Source: Lepidodermella squamata
Taxonomy: Eukaryota; Animalia; Gastrotricha
NCBI GenBank assembly: GCA_047495785.1
Contig: JBLDXI010000015.1
Span: 930,001-994,000 of the forward strand
DNA: 64,000 nucleotides
Direction: 5' to 3'
Below the pieces are notes generated by a model. The model was not told the DNA's origin and searched no databases. It was given only the letters and a program-made list of their open reading frames with translations. Positions within the stretch are counted from its first letter, which is position 1, and every line of letters begins with the position of its first letter. Shown one piece after another: positions 34,688-47,140 of this stretch. The translations under genes and the position numbers were made by a program.

Positions 34688-35568
34688 TAGAGCTGTGCCG
34701 GTCCTAATTTCAGAGCCTCCGGTCCGGTTCGGTTCGGTCCTCGTATATTCAAGGATCGGACCGGTTAACCGGAAAGGACCGCCGGTTAACCGCTTGCTTT
34801 GCTAGGCTATATATCGGAGAACACAACTCTATGCCAGTATCTCTGATTTCGAATCTGATTTCACCGTTAGATTCTACGTTAGATTCTAAAAGTAAAACTG
34901 AGTTCTGAGTTAAACGGTATGTTACAGTAAAGAGAAAATATGAAATTTCGATTGCAGCAATAAAGCAATAAACTTATTACCTACATGTAATTGTCTTGAA
35001 ATTGGTAAGAGCTATTGAAATTATGAAAACGGATTCCGAACCAGCGCATAAAATGTACCCCTTCGGGATTTCTAAGGGGGATTTTTGAGCAAAAGAAGCC
35101 GCGTTTCGGCATTTCTTTCATCTTTTTCATCAAAGAATGGTTTCCCGAAATTAATAATTCAATTAAAAACTCTATTTTCTATGTTTAAAAATCACTGATT
35201 AAGGAATAGAAATCGAAAGGCAATATACTCTAGGGTAACTTTTGACGAGGAATTCATTGGCGATGTCAGATTCTTCGTGGCAACTATCGATTATGGATTA
35301 TTGATTATCCACAATCATTTTGATTGATTTTTTGTAAAGTTCTCTTCCTCATGCCACAATAAATTGTGAGAATAAGTCATTGGTTTGATGTTTTCTCAAT
35401 CCCATATCAAGTACGTATGACACTTGTCATGGCTAATTTGAAATTATACGCTACATCCCGGTTAACCGGGTTAACCGGCAACTTTTTCACAAGGCGGCCC
35501 GGACCGAAACGACCGAGAGGACCGGACCGGCGGTTAACCCCGGGCTTTTTCGGACCGGCACAGCTCTA
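34688..35568. mobile_element. hAT-type MITE, 881 bp
   Basis: 17-bp perfect TIR TAGAGCTGTGCCGGTCC; 8-bp flanks GCAAGCAG / GTAAGCAG (7/8); subterminal CCGGTTAACCGG and GGACCGG repeats. Confidence 0.85.
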
Positions 35569-35961
35569 GTAAGCAGCAAGTAGCAAGCGAATAAAATACA
35601 CAGCCGAAATTCATTATCGAGTTCACTATGACATCACTCGATTTCAGCCCTTGAAAATGGGGCTTCGCTTCGCTTCGAATACTTTCAGGCATCTTCAGCG
35701 GGCTGGAATCGCGATCTGCCTTCAAATCCGGGTATAATCCTTTAACATTATCGTTCGAATATTTTAGCCAATTTTTAATCCTTTTTAACCTCTTTGCTTT
35801 CTCCGCAACAGTGAAAACATTTGCAGCACGTGCGAGGCTAATTTTGACGCTTGTGTTGTTATTGCGCACCGGCGTGTGTCACCGATTGGCACGAGCCGCT
35901 TCACAGCTTTTCTGCTGTTATTGTTTTAATCCCATTCATTATTTTTTTTAAATTAATTTAA

Positions 35962-38581
35962 ATGAGCAAAATAGTTTTTATACTCGTATTGATCACTTGT
36001 TCATGTGGTCGCACTGATGGCTCCTGGCTTCGATGTGTAGCCGTCGCAATTGACGACTCTGTCGAATGTCGCGAAAACGCTTGTCAACCCGGTGGTTGGG
36101 TTCAATTCCCAGCAAACGTTACATTCAGCACGCAGGCGGCTTGCTTGAATGCAAAGAAGCAATTCTCTATCTTCAAAATGCCAGATTCAACTTCATGGTT
36201 TGACGCTGCCCAGAAATGCAAACAGGAATCAGGTCAACTTGCGACGATCAAGAATTTCGCTGAGCTTGAAATCGGTCGAACGCTGATGACAACATTGAAC
36301 GTTACAAAGGCTTGGGTCGGTATCTATGACAACCAGATTGCGTCTTTCCAATGGCTCGACAACGTCATGGTTTGACGCTGCCCAGAAATGCAAACAGGAA
36401 TCAGGTCAACTTGCGACGATCAAGAATTTCGCTGAGCTTGAAATCGGTCGAACGCTGATGACAACATTGAACGTTACAAAGGCTTGGGTCGGTATCTATG
36501 ACAACCAGATTGCGTCTTTCCAATGGCTCGACAACGTTACTATCATGGACTTCGATATGGGGCCCGAGGGAGCCCGACGACCAAGGACCTTGCGGCCTGG
36601 TTTCGCCCTACGCAGAACTCGGCGCATTTCCAAGCAATGTGCGGCTTAACGACAAGGGGTGCACCACGTTATATTCTTCGGCCATTTGCGAGTTGTTTGA
36701 CAGTGGCGTAAAACGGTTCACCTTACTCCAAACTAATAAAAGCATCAATTGGAACGAAGCAGCGTCACTGTGCGATAAAGCATCCGCCAAGCTTGCGACC
36801 ATAAAAGGTTCAACCGAACTTCAAATCGTTCAAACTTTGATGCAAAATAACAGTGTGACTACGGGGTGGGTCGGTGCTGTGGCTAAAAAGGTGCCAGTAG
36901 TCTTCACCTGGATGGACGGAGTGAGCTTGTCAAACAGTGATCCTATTTGGGGACCCAATCAACCCTCCGGCGATGGATTCTGTGCCACGCTTATATCTTA
37001 TGGCTCACTTGGCACCTACCCGAGCAGTCTTAGGTTCAATGACGATTTTTGTTACGCATTGGGCGATGGAGCGATTTGTGAGTCGGTTGTCGCTTCTACC
37101 AAGACATTCACCGCGATCAAACCCGGGCGAACGATCACGTGGCCAGAGGCCGATCAGCTGTGCAAAAATGCTTCAGCCAAGCTGGTGACGATAAAAAATC
37201 CGAGCGAGTTTCAACAAGTTCGACAGTTGATGGGTAATTACAGCCTGCAGAAGGCGTGGACTGGTGCCAAGCGAAATCCGCAGACGCATTTCAAATGGAT
37301 AGACGGAGTTCCGCAGCCGAGCATTGACCCTCTTTGGGGCCCAACCGATCCGAGTAACGACGGAGCGTGCGGCACGCTGCTGTCCTTTCCTCAGGTCGGA
37401 TCCTACCCTAACAACATCTTCTTGAACGACCAGTTTTGTTATTATCTGCGGGGCAGTGGTGCGATATGTGAGACGTTCATCTCACAACCAAGCTCCGCAG
37501 ATAACTCGACATCCCCACAATCAAACTCTACAGCTTCCTTGACAACCCCGCAACCAAACTCCACGAATTCCTCGATTACCCCGCTGCCAAATTCTACAAA
37601 TTCCTCGACAACTGAGCTGCCATCTGACGTAAGTCACCACTGTTCACTGTAAATAATTTTGCAATAGCTGTAGCTGCATTCGTTTTAATTAATATATTAA
37701 ATAATATATATTTAATAAATATATATTTAATTAATGTGCAATAATTTATCAAAGAACCGGAGTTCGATTCCACAAAGCTTCATTGTTCTTTTGCGACATG
37801 GGTGTCATCCAATTAAAAATGTTTATGCAAAAAATGGGCGTTGTCATGGGTCAGAATTCCGATCAGACATCAATTTCAGGCTTCAAACTGCTATATTTGT
37901 TTCTCAATGTAGGATGTGAACTTCAAGAGATGCGTGAGCCAGTCAACCTTGCAATTCATGGGTTGCCGAACAAAATGTCTACCGGGTGAGTTTGTTCTTA
38001 GCACGAAATCGACTGAGAAGGCATGCGTGCGTGGGGTAAGTTGTGAAGTTGGGGTCATTGAGTATTGAGTATGTCACAAATTGCAATCCTTCAGGCCGCC
38101 ATAAGGTGCTATGACAAAACTACGAAACAGACTAGGTGCATATCAGATGGAAAGACGTGCAATGAGAATGAACGTCAGGTGATGATCGAAGCAAAGTTCC
38201 TAATTATCTTTGAAGTTATACTTATACACAGGCCGACGGCAAATTCAATACCTACACTTACTTCAGTCGTAATTACATGCTTTGCATGAACGATCCAGCC
38301 GAGGTAAATACTTGATATTTTCCGTATTCGACGGGATTTTACTCTCAACATTGCCTTGTTTTTTACTAGGATCACATCCGCTGCGCCAAGTCTGGTACTA
38401 GTCTGGTCGAATGCCGCCCCATTTCGCTTGGCTGCAATGCCGGAGAGGTTAGCCCCGAATTCATAACTTTGAAACTACGCTAGAATCTATTTGCTTTTTT
38501 CAGGTCAAGTTTGGCTCGCCTTATTCAAGTATCGACCAATGCTATGCTAATTTGGAGAGCTCCTTGAATGTTCCACAATGA
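35962..38581 (+). pseudogene. Multi-domain C-type lectin A (signal peptide, 4-Cys module, 3 CTLDs, S/T linker, three 4-Cys modules); frameshifted
   Basis: CTLD motifs W..A...C....LATIK, AWVG, WGP.EP/QP, LND..C, AICE. A 172-bp tandem duplication and a second +1 shift near 36537-36557. Five small downstream exons end in NVPQ* at 38581. Confidence 0.75.
36193..36536 (+). repeat. Exact tandem duplication, 2 x 172 bp
   Basis: 36193-36364 equals 36365-36536. Confidence 0.95.
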
Positions 38582-39434
38582 ATTGGCGAAAAGCGTCACA
38601 CTATTGCATTTTTCACTTTTCACTCAGTGATCAGTGATGGAAAGTAAATTATCATTTCACTTGAATTTTCTTTGATGACTTTTTGTGTCTGTGACTTTTC
38701 TGCTCACTATTCGGAAAGCTTCAGTTTTGGAGGCTCATTAATTCGTAGCTTTGACAAAGTTGATGTACATAATATGTACATATTATGAAACTAACTAATG
38801 TCTCAAATAAATTATTTTGGCCCTGAATAAAGAAAAGGATGAATTACTCTGAAAAATCGGTGTCTTTTCTTAATCATTCCTGGTCTTCAAAGCAATCGCG
38901 TATAGTCGAAACTATTCTATGAAGTTGACGTCTCTTTATATCAGTTAAAATTCTGAGCAGAAATTGTCTCGCTGAGTCGAATAGAGATGTGGCGCAATTG
39001 CACCTAAGGCTTCACACCACAAGTTTTCGATACTGGGAGGAATACTGTTCATCTCACTTTATTGCTTGCTGGCAGGTGTCTTGCAACAGTTTTCTGAAAA
39101 AGCAGCAGCATTGCTCTTTAAACTACGACATATGCATATATTTTCATTATCTAATCTGACACTCCACTTTTGTCACATGTTGTTTTTGGCCCTTAAATAT
39201 GAACACAAATCATTAAATCAAGATAAATAAAAAGATTAAATAGAATTGCAAGTTGACGACCGGGGAATGAATCAAAATATCAAAATATCAAAATAACCTG
39301 CACATGTGAAGTTGAGTGTGAAGACGGCACAGGTTAGCTCCGGCCTCATGAATTGGCACGTGCAGCACGAGCGAGAAGTTTGAAACTTAATTTTTCAACG
39401 GTACACATTTGCTGGCTGATTCTCTATTATTACT

Positions 39435-41652
39435 ATGATTCACAATTGTGTTCATTCATTTTAATCGCGGCCTCTCTTGGTTGCGTTGATAGCTCCTGGG
39501 TACGCAGCGTGGCTGTTGAGAAAGACGGCTCGGTCGAATGTCGTGAGAACGCCTGCTCACCTGATGGTTGGGTCCCATTTCCACCAGGGCCATACACCTT
39601 CGGAACTCAAGCCGGATGTTTGAATGCGGAAAAGCGGTTCACAGCTTTCAAACCGGAATCAACACTGAGCTGGAACGAAGCCGATGCTGCGTGCGGCAAT
39701 ATGTCAGCCCAACTGGCAACAATCAAAACTAAAGCCGAGCTTAGTGTTGCTCAAGCCTTGATGAGCAATTACTCATTGGACGTAGCTTGGGTCGGCGCTA
39801 AGGATAAATCGGCGGCGCTTTTTGGTTGGATCGGCGACGTCTTCTTTCCAGACTCGCCTTGGGGCCCCGGTGAACCGCTTTTCGGCAACTATGCTGCGGT
39901 CACTCGCTTTGACGCTTTGGTGGAACCCTACCCAGTCAATCTCCTGCTCAGCAGTCAGGCATGCGAAACTGGGGATGGTGAGTTTGGCGCAATATGTCAA
40001 CCAATCAATGGCGAATTTACTGTCGCCGATAAAACAATCAATTGATGAAAGATGCGGCGCAAATGTGTGGTTCAGCGTTCAACGGTCAACTTGCGATAGT
40101 CAAAAATGCGACCGACCTACAGGCTATTCGTGTGCTCATGGCCAACAGCAGTTTGAACAAAGCATGGGTCGGCGCAAAGCGTAAACCTAAAAAAGTTTTC
40201 GTAGGCGTTGACGGTGTGTCGCCTTTCCAATTATCGACAATTATTGGGCGCCAGGTGAACCGAGTGGTGACGGAGATTGCGCCGACGTTACGTTTGGACC
40301 ACAATACGCGCTGATTCTCAGAGACAAGCCGTGCTCGAGTTCGGTTGATGGCGCGATTTGCCAGAAATATGTTAACGCTTCGAAGGTCTTAACATCCATA
40401 AAACCTCCACAGCCTGGGCAGTATTTCACTTGGGACGAAGCTGCCACGGCGTGCGCAAATGCGTCGGCTCAGTTGGCGACAATTGTAAATTCAGCAGAAA
40501 TCGAAACAGTCCGCATCCTGGTCCAGGGATCCGCTCTGGGAAGTGCTTGGGTTGGCGCCAGGCGGAAAGAAATGGCCTATTTCAGTTGGATTGATGGCGA
40601 TCAATTCAGCCAGTCGATTTGGGGCCCTAACCAGCCGGATTACGCTGGGTTTTGCGGTGTCTTGACGACATTTGACGCAAGCAATTCTAGCAGCACATTG
40701 CTCAACGATGCGTTGTGTGAAGAATTGGTGGATGCTTCCGCTGCGAGACTTTCGTTGATAATCCTCCACCATCAACCGTAAGTATTCACATTTTTTGGTA
40801 GCCATGCGTTAAAATGTTGTGACTAAACTTATCAGTATTTTTTCGATACAAGCCTGATTTTAATTCCTAGAAGTCTGAAATTTTATTTCCCATGTAAAGG
40901 GCTACTATCGTTGCGGCAAGAAGTCAACTTTGCAGTTCGTTGATTGCCGAACTTCCTGTCTACCGGACGAGATTGTCCTTGGCACGGCGAAGAATAAAAA
41001 GTCCTGTTCGCAAGATGTTCGTTCTAATGTTAGAAAAATATCGAATTGTATCATTTTGTTTTAATATCTTTCAGGCTGCTGTTCGATGCTATGATGCTAA
41101 AACCGGAACTACCAGATGCGTATCTGACGGCACGTCGTGTAATGCGAACGAAGAGGTGAGAGGCACTAGAAGCTGGTGATAATTCCCATATTTCCCTTCG
41201 TATATTTAGGCCAAAGGACAATTCAGTTCTTACAAGTACTTCGGTCGCAACTACGTAGCCTGCATGAACTACCCCGCCCAGGTAATTAGGAGAAGTTTTA
41301 AATATTTTTAAAACGCTATACGCTAGGATTTTCCTGAAGGATTTGATGAACCAGGATTTGTTGAAGATGATCATTACATTGAGCATTGAAGAAGTTGGCC
41401 GAGTATTATTAGTTGATTGCCGGTTGTTTGTTTTTACAGGATCACGGCCGATGCGTAAAGAAAGGAACTACTCAGGTTGTCGACTGTAGGAAAAAGTCAC
41501 TGGGCTGCTATGACGGCGAGGTTTGTTCCATCTTCGAATAAAAGGATAGCGTGTCAATAATTTTTTGTTCACAGGTAATGGTCGAGCCGTTCTATAAAGA
41601 TGTCGACAAGTGCTACGCAAATTTGGAAGGACCGCTGAACATTCCGAAATGA
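39435..41652 (+). pseudogene. Multi-domain C-type lectin B; several frameshifts
   Basis: Same architecture as A. ATG 39435 is out of frame with the signal peptide; further lesions near 40043, 40215 and 40735. Terminal exon VMVEPFYKDVDKCYANLEGPLNIPK*. Confidence 0.75.
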
Positions 41653-41980
41653 GTCATGCAGTTATCCTTGTCTGAAAACAATGAAAACAATTGTGTGTCC
41701 AATTCCAAATTGCTAAATGTGGCGCTCTGTTCGCTATTTTCATTAATCTATTATAAAAAGCTAAAACATGAACTTTAACGTGAGAAGGTTTCGATAATTT
41801 TGAATCGCGAAAAATAATTAATTAATTAATTAACTCGAACAATAAAATATAGTTTTGCGGCACGCGTTTGCTCCGATTTAATTAATTAAGCTGTGCTACA
41901 CAGGAAATCGTGTTTTCACGTGAATCCTCGGCTTTAAAAGGCCGTTTGCTGAATTGTAAAATTTCATTAATTATTTCTTC

Positions 41981-44312
41981 ATGAGTTATCAATCTGTTTT
42001 ATTCCTGATTACGGCGATTTGCGGATTGGCCGATGCCTCTTGGGTGCGTTGCGTTCATGTTGAAACGGATGGCTCTGTCGAATGCCGCCAGAAAACTTGT
42101 CAACCTAGCGGTTGGGTTCAATTTCCAGCAAACTCCACCTTCATCACGAAGCAAGGCTGCTTAAATGCGACGAAAAAGCTGACTGCCATCAAAACTTCAA
42201 TTAAAAATTTCAACGCGGCCATTTTGAAGTGTAACGAGGCTGGGGGTTAACTAGCATCGATCAAAGATACTACCGAGCTCAAGTCAGTGCAAACCTTGAT
42301 GAAGAGCAGCGATTTGAAAACAGCTTGGGTCGGCGCTAGCAAACCCCAGCCGAAGTTCCTATGGACAGATGGTTCGAAGCTGTCGAACGACGATCTAGTC
42401 TGGGGCCCTCCAGAACCCAGCGGCGACGGAGATTGCGGCGAGATCAGGGAGTATAATGGGATAGGTTTCTACCCAGACAATCTGCGCCTGAATGATCAAT
42501 CTTGCTATAGCAGTGCTTCTGCTGCCATTTGCGAAGCGTTCATTGGTTCAACCAAGCAGTTCAGTGCTATCGTAAAAAGTCTACACTCTTTCTATGCGGC
42601 AAGCCAAGAGTGTCAACTTTTGTCAGCCCGGCTTGCGACGATCAAAAATGCGACCAAACTCAAATCTGTTCAAGACCTGATGAACAGCAAGAGTCTGAGA
42701 ACGGCGTGGATCGGTGCCAGCACTCAAAAACCAGAACAGACTTTTACTTGGTCAGACGGGTCGCAGCTGTCGAGCGAAGATCTAGTTTGGGGCCCTTCAG
42801 AACCTAGCGGCGACGGAGATTGCAGCGAAATCAAGGAATACTATGAGCTAGGTTCCTATCCAGATAATCTGCGGCTAAATGATCAATCCTGTTCTACCGG
42901 GGCTGATGGTGTCATATGCGAGACTTTTAATGCTTCGTCAAAGCAGTTTAGCGCTATCCTGAAAAGCATCAACTCTTTCAACGCAGCCAGCCGCGAGTGC
43001 CAACTTTTGTCAGCCCGACTTGCGACGATCAAAAATGCGACCGAGCTAAAATCTGTTCAAGACCTGATGAAAAACAACTGAGAACGGCTTGGATCGGTGC
43101 CAGTAAGCCACAGATACCGTTCCGATGGATAGACGGTGCACAGCTGTTACTCGACGATCTTGTTTGGGGCCCTCATGAGCCCAGCGGCGATGGATCTTGC
43201 AGCGACATCAAGGAGTACTCTGGGCTTGGTTCCTACCCAGATAATCTGCGCCTCAATGATCAATCTTGTTCAGCCGATGGTGCTGATGGTGTCATATGCG
43301 AGACGTTTGTTAACTCATCGGCAACACAACCTCTGGTTAGCTCATTCATTTCCACTATTAAGCGCAAAGATATAAATTGCAGAGTAATGTCGCATCATCG
43401 ATTTGTTGTCAAATAATTGTGAAGATTTTGTAAAGATTATCAACAAATCAGATACTTACACTTGCTTTTAATAGTTCGAAAACAGCTCATAATTCAATCG
43501 TTTCATTTTTAGGGCTACTACCGATGCGTGAAGCAAATCGACCCGCAGTTTGCTGTTTGTCGAACAACCTGTCAACGAGATGAGTTTGCAATTGGTGCAG
43601 CGTTTTCGAGTAATAAAACCTGTTCACACGGGGTGAGTTGTATGAAATATTTCACGAAAAAACGACAAATCAATTTCTTTTGTTCAGGTCGCGATTCGGT
43701 GCTATGATTTAGCTGCAAATAAGACCAGGTGCATATCGGGTAGAATGTCGTGCAAAGCGAGCGAAGTTCAGGTTTGAATTGTTCAATGTTAAATCTGCAA
43801 TTCTGGATCCTGGATGTTATCAATTTTTCACGTTGTTACACAGTTTCAAACAAAATTCAACAAATACAGCTTTTTCTCTCGCAATTACGCCTCGTGCATG
43901 AACTACAGCCCCGTTGAGGTAAATATTTAACTAGATTACATTTCTTTAGAAGAAATTTTTACAATTCTGTAATTTACCGCCATTAGCAATAAAACTTTGG
44001 AAGGCTCACTTACTTCAAAATTGCGATAATTAATCGTTTCCATGCTTTTATTTCTGCTGATTTTTCTAGTTACTAATTCGATTTGTGTTATATCAGGCTC
44101 ATATCAGATGTGTCAAGTCGCTGGGGCCTAAACGCTGGGTTGGTTGTCGAAAACTTTCGCATGGCTGCAACGCTGGAGAGGTTTCCTCAAATTTCAAAAT
44201 ATTCCGCTCATACTAATTTTCATGTATATAATAGGTTATGGTCGGTCCTGTCTACAATACCTTGTTCCAGTGCTACGCCGATTTGACACAACCGTGGACT
44301 ATTCCGAAGTGA
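41981..44312 (+). pseudogene. Multi-domain C-type lectin C; premature stop and frameshift
   Basis: TAA at 42248-42250 where paralogues have Q (G-Q-LA); frameshift near 43075-43081; three similar CTLDs with EPS/LND. Terminal exon VMVGPVYNTLFQCYADLTQPWTIPK*. Confidence 0.75.
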
Positions 44313-44583
44313 AGCAGCGAATGGCATCAAAATCCTATTAGGACTATACTCTAGTATCAGTGTAAACTGATTATCTATGCTTGATTGTAATCCCGATCAT
44401 TAAATACAATAAATGTATTTCCTTGCTGCAAAATGAACATCGTTATGAAAATAGTTATTTATTTCTCAGATATGACAGCAAAACCCAATGGTATCTGGCT
44501 CGGTAATTTTCGGTATTTCACCCGGTTGGACCTCAATTCGACTGGAATTTTTTAATCCTATTACAAGTGACATACTTGATTAC

Positions 44584-44910
44584 GGGTGTGACTTTTTTCA
44601 TCCGACCAATGTCTTTTTTTATCCGACAACCAAAAATGTGACTAAAATCATCCGACATGAAAATATCGATTTTCTCGATTTTCCCACGTTCGATTTTTCC
44701 GTAGGGGCACGCCCCTTTTATGCACCCTATTTTCGCCCGTGAACCGGCAGAATTTTATGGTGAAAGATTTATGACGTCACTTTTTTACTGTAATTTTTTG
44801 AAAACATGAAAAAGTAAGCCGGCACATTTTTGTCACATTTTTGGTTGTCGGGTGAAATAAGACATTGGTCGGATAAAAATATACATTGGTCGGATGAAAA
44901 AAGTTTTCCC
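44584..44910. mobile_element. Mutator-like MITE, 327 bp
   Basis: GGG..CCC termini, long imperfect TIRs (ACTTTTTTCATCCGACCAATGT..), perfect 9-bp TSD CTTGATTAC at 44575-44583 and 44911-44919. Confidence 0.88.
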
Positions 44911-45096
44911 CTTGATTACTATTCTTGTTATATTTTTTTTTAATTTTAATTTTTCTTACATTTTTCCGGACAAGAGATGTGAATTAGTCTCTCAATTTCT
45001 TTGCTTGCGTTACTTTTATGGGACAGATAATATTCCCCTCGAGCAACTGTATAGTGGAAAATGACGAGCTCAAGTCGAAGGCCTCAACAATTTTAT

Positions 45097-46197
45097 TTAA
45101 AATACTAATTCTGTCACATTATTTGAATGACCATCAACATCAGGCGGCGAGCACGTTGCATTGAAAAAGAACTGATGCCAATAGTCGATATCACAAAATT
45201 CATGCACGAATTTACTACGATCGAGAAACATCGCCACTGTGAGATACCTCAGCGGCGCATCGCCCCACCGCAATTTGTAGATATTCAACGAATCAACAAC
45301 TTCACGGCGGAATGCTTTAATGCCTAAATGGTCCCGAAAAGTCGGCATATGCAAAATCTCGATATTGTTGTAGTAGAGCGGAACGCGATAATTGCGGCGC
45401 TGAAACGAATTTTTGCCAGGCGGGAAATCGGGTAATTGGCCTTTGATCGGCTCAATTTCGTTCCTTTCCAGAAAATTCTCGACAAAATCCAACAGATTAA
45501 CCGTAACATGCAGCGAGTCGGTTAAAACTTTCTTATAGCCATACAAAAATCCGTTTTTCGCCATAAAATCGAATATGTTGTAGTTGATCGGGGATTTTAT
45601 CAAAGAGTCCGTATCCATCCGCCAGAAATATCGAACGTCCCGCAGCAACGGCTCGTTGAACACGCGATCGAACCAAAAATTCAACACATGGTGATAGCCA
45701 GGGAATAAATGGTCGAAAACTGGGATGAAGCCGAATTTCTTCATCTCCGTGCCGTATTTTTCGACAAATTTCGCCGGCAATTTGAAGTCGACCCGAATAA
45801 ATTGAAGCAAGGCGTAATCCTGTTCCTCCAAAACGCCTTCGAACGATATTAGTTTCATCGCATGTGAAATATTGAACGGTTTCTCGTAGAAAATGATAAC
45901 AGGATATCTGTATTTCGCGTTGAAATTTTTGAAAAGCAGCGCGATAGAATGCGCCAGTGAATCAGCCCGCCATAGATGGGTTAAGTAGATGATGACATCT
46001 CGAGTTGCTGTTGCGTTGTTCTGGGCGATTTGCGCGATAAGTTGAGCCGTTTGATCGCTGGCTCGGAATTGATAGTCGTGGTACAACTTGTCGTGTTCGT
46101 TCCATATCGACGCGACGACGTAGGATGTGAGTAAGAAACTGGCCCAAACAGCGCTACAACGGCAGAATATAACGCGTTTAAGTTTTCGTAAAAGCAT
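45097..46197 (-). CDS. GT15 mannosyltransferase homologue 3
   Basis: ATG at 46197, TM, GYHHVLNFW, YFWRMDTDS, YNNIEI, RWGDAP. Confidence 0.86.
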   Translation of the reverse strand: MLLRKLKRVIFCRCSAVWASFLLTSYVVASIWNEHDKLYHDYQFRASDQTAQLIAQIAQNNATATRDVIIYLTHLWRADSLAHSIALLFKNFNAKYRYPVIIFYEKPFNISHAMKLISFEGVLEEQDYALLQFIRVDFKLPAKFVEKYGTEMKKFGFIPVFDHLFPGYHHVLNFWFDRVFNEPLLRDVRYFWRMDTDSLIKSPINYNIFDFMAKNGFLYGYKKVLTDSLHVTVNLLDFVENFLERNEIEPIKGQLPDFPPGKNSFQRRNYRVPLYYNNIEILHMPTFRDHLGIKAFRREVVDSLNIYKLRWGDAPLRYLTVAMFLDRSKFVHEFCDIDYWHQFFFNATCSPPDVDGHSNNVTELVF

Positions 46198-47140
46198 GCC
46201 TATGCTGTAGCCAGAAATAAGCAGTGTAATTGTGGAGTTTTGATGTGCTACTACACTCTGTTGCTGCAGTCGTAATGTATGTCTCATCAATGTATTGTCA
46301 TAGTTATAGCTTTGTTTTTGTTAAGGCGGAGATTTTATGTTGCGCGCATGCGGTTTAATTACAGTGCGCGCTGAGGCATTGTGCGCGATAAAGTTTTGAC
46401 CTAGAAAATAATAGCATTCTAGATCTATCTTAACCAAGTGAATAACAGTAATGCGGCCGAGTGACATGGCTATTCTGAGAGGAGCTGAAAAATTCACTTG
46501 ATAATGTTACAAATATATATTATTTTTTCTTACAATTTAATATTTATTTTCTGTAGAATATGTAAGAAATTTCTAAAATTAATTATCTATATGACTAAGG
46601 CCTAAAACTGAAAATTACGATGAAAAAATAAATAAATCATGAAATCACCTGCTGAAGGCTTGAAAGCGCATTTTTGATTTTTGGACGAATTTAAAATTGG
46701 CTCCGATTCAACTCCCGCTGCCGGCCTAATTAGTTCCGGCCAATAAATATCGAGCCTCTCATTATTGGTGATGATGCGCACAATAAATATTTATCTGTTA
46801 TGATTCAACGAAAAAATGTCAAATTGATTCAGCGCACAAAATCGCCTTCTATGATGATGAATTGAACGAAAATGCGATTGAACGAACATAGTTTTTTGTT
46901 GATCCAAGCTTGGGAATAGAAAATGGCCACTCTACGGATGTTTTGATAAACTGTTTTAAATTTTCGTTTGTCTCAATCATATTCTGTGTAATTAATTTCG
47001 TGATAAATTTGAAATTATTTTCTTTCAAAATGTCCAACATTTTCGTTGAAAATACCCGGAATAAGCCTTCTAACACATTGTTGCAACGCTTTATTTGAGA
47101 AATTCGCGAAAATAAATTATAAATAATATTAACTATTTAT

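Noticed and set aside
36193-36536. Intron gain by tandem duplication around the CAG|GTC site, rescuing lectin A
   Set aside because: Splicing out 172 nt would restore one copy, but a second +1 shift (25 nt between the D codon and WGP) still breaks the frame, and the donor GTCAAC is weak.
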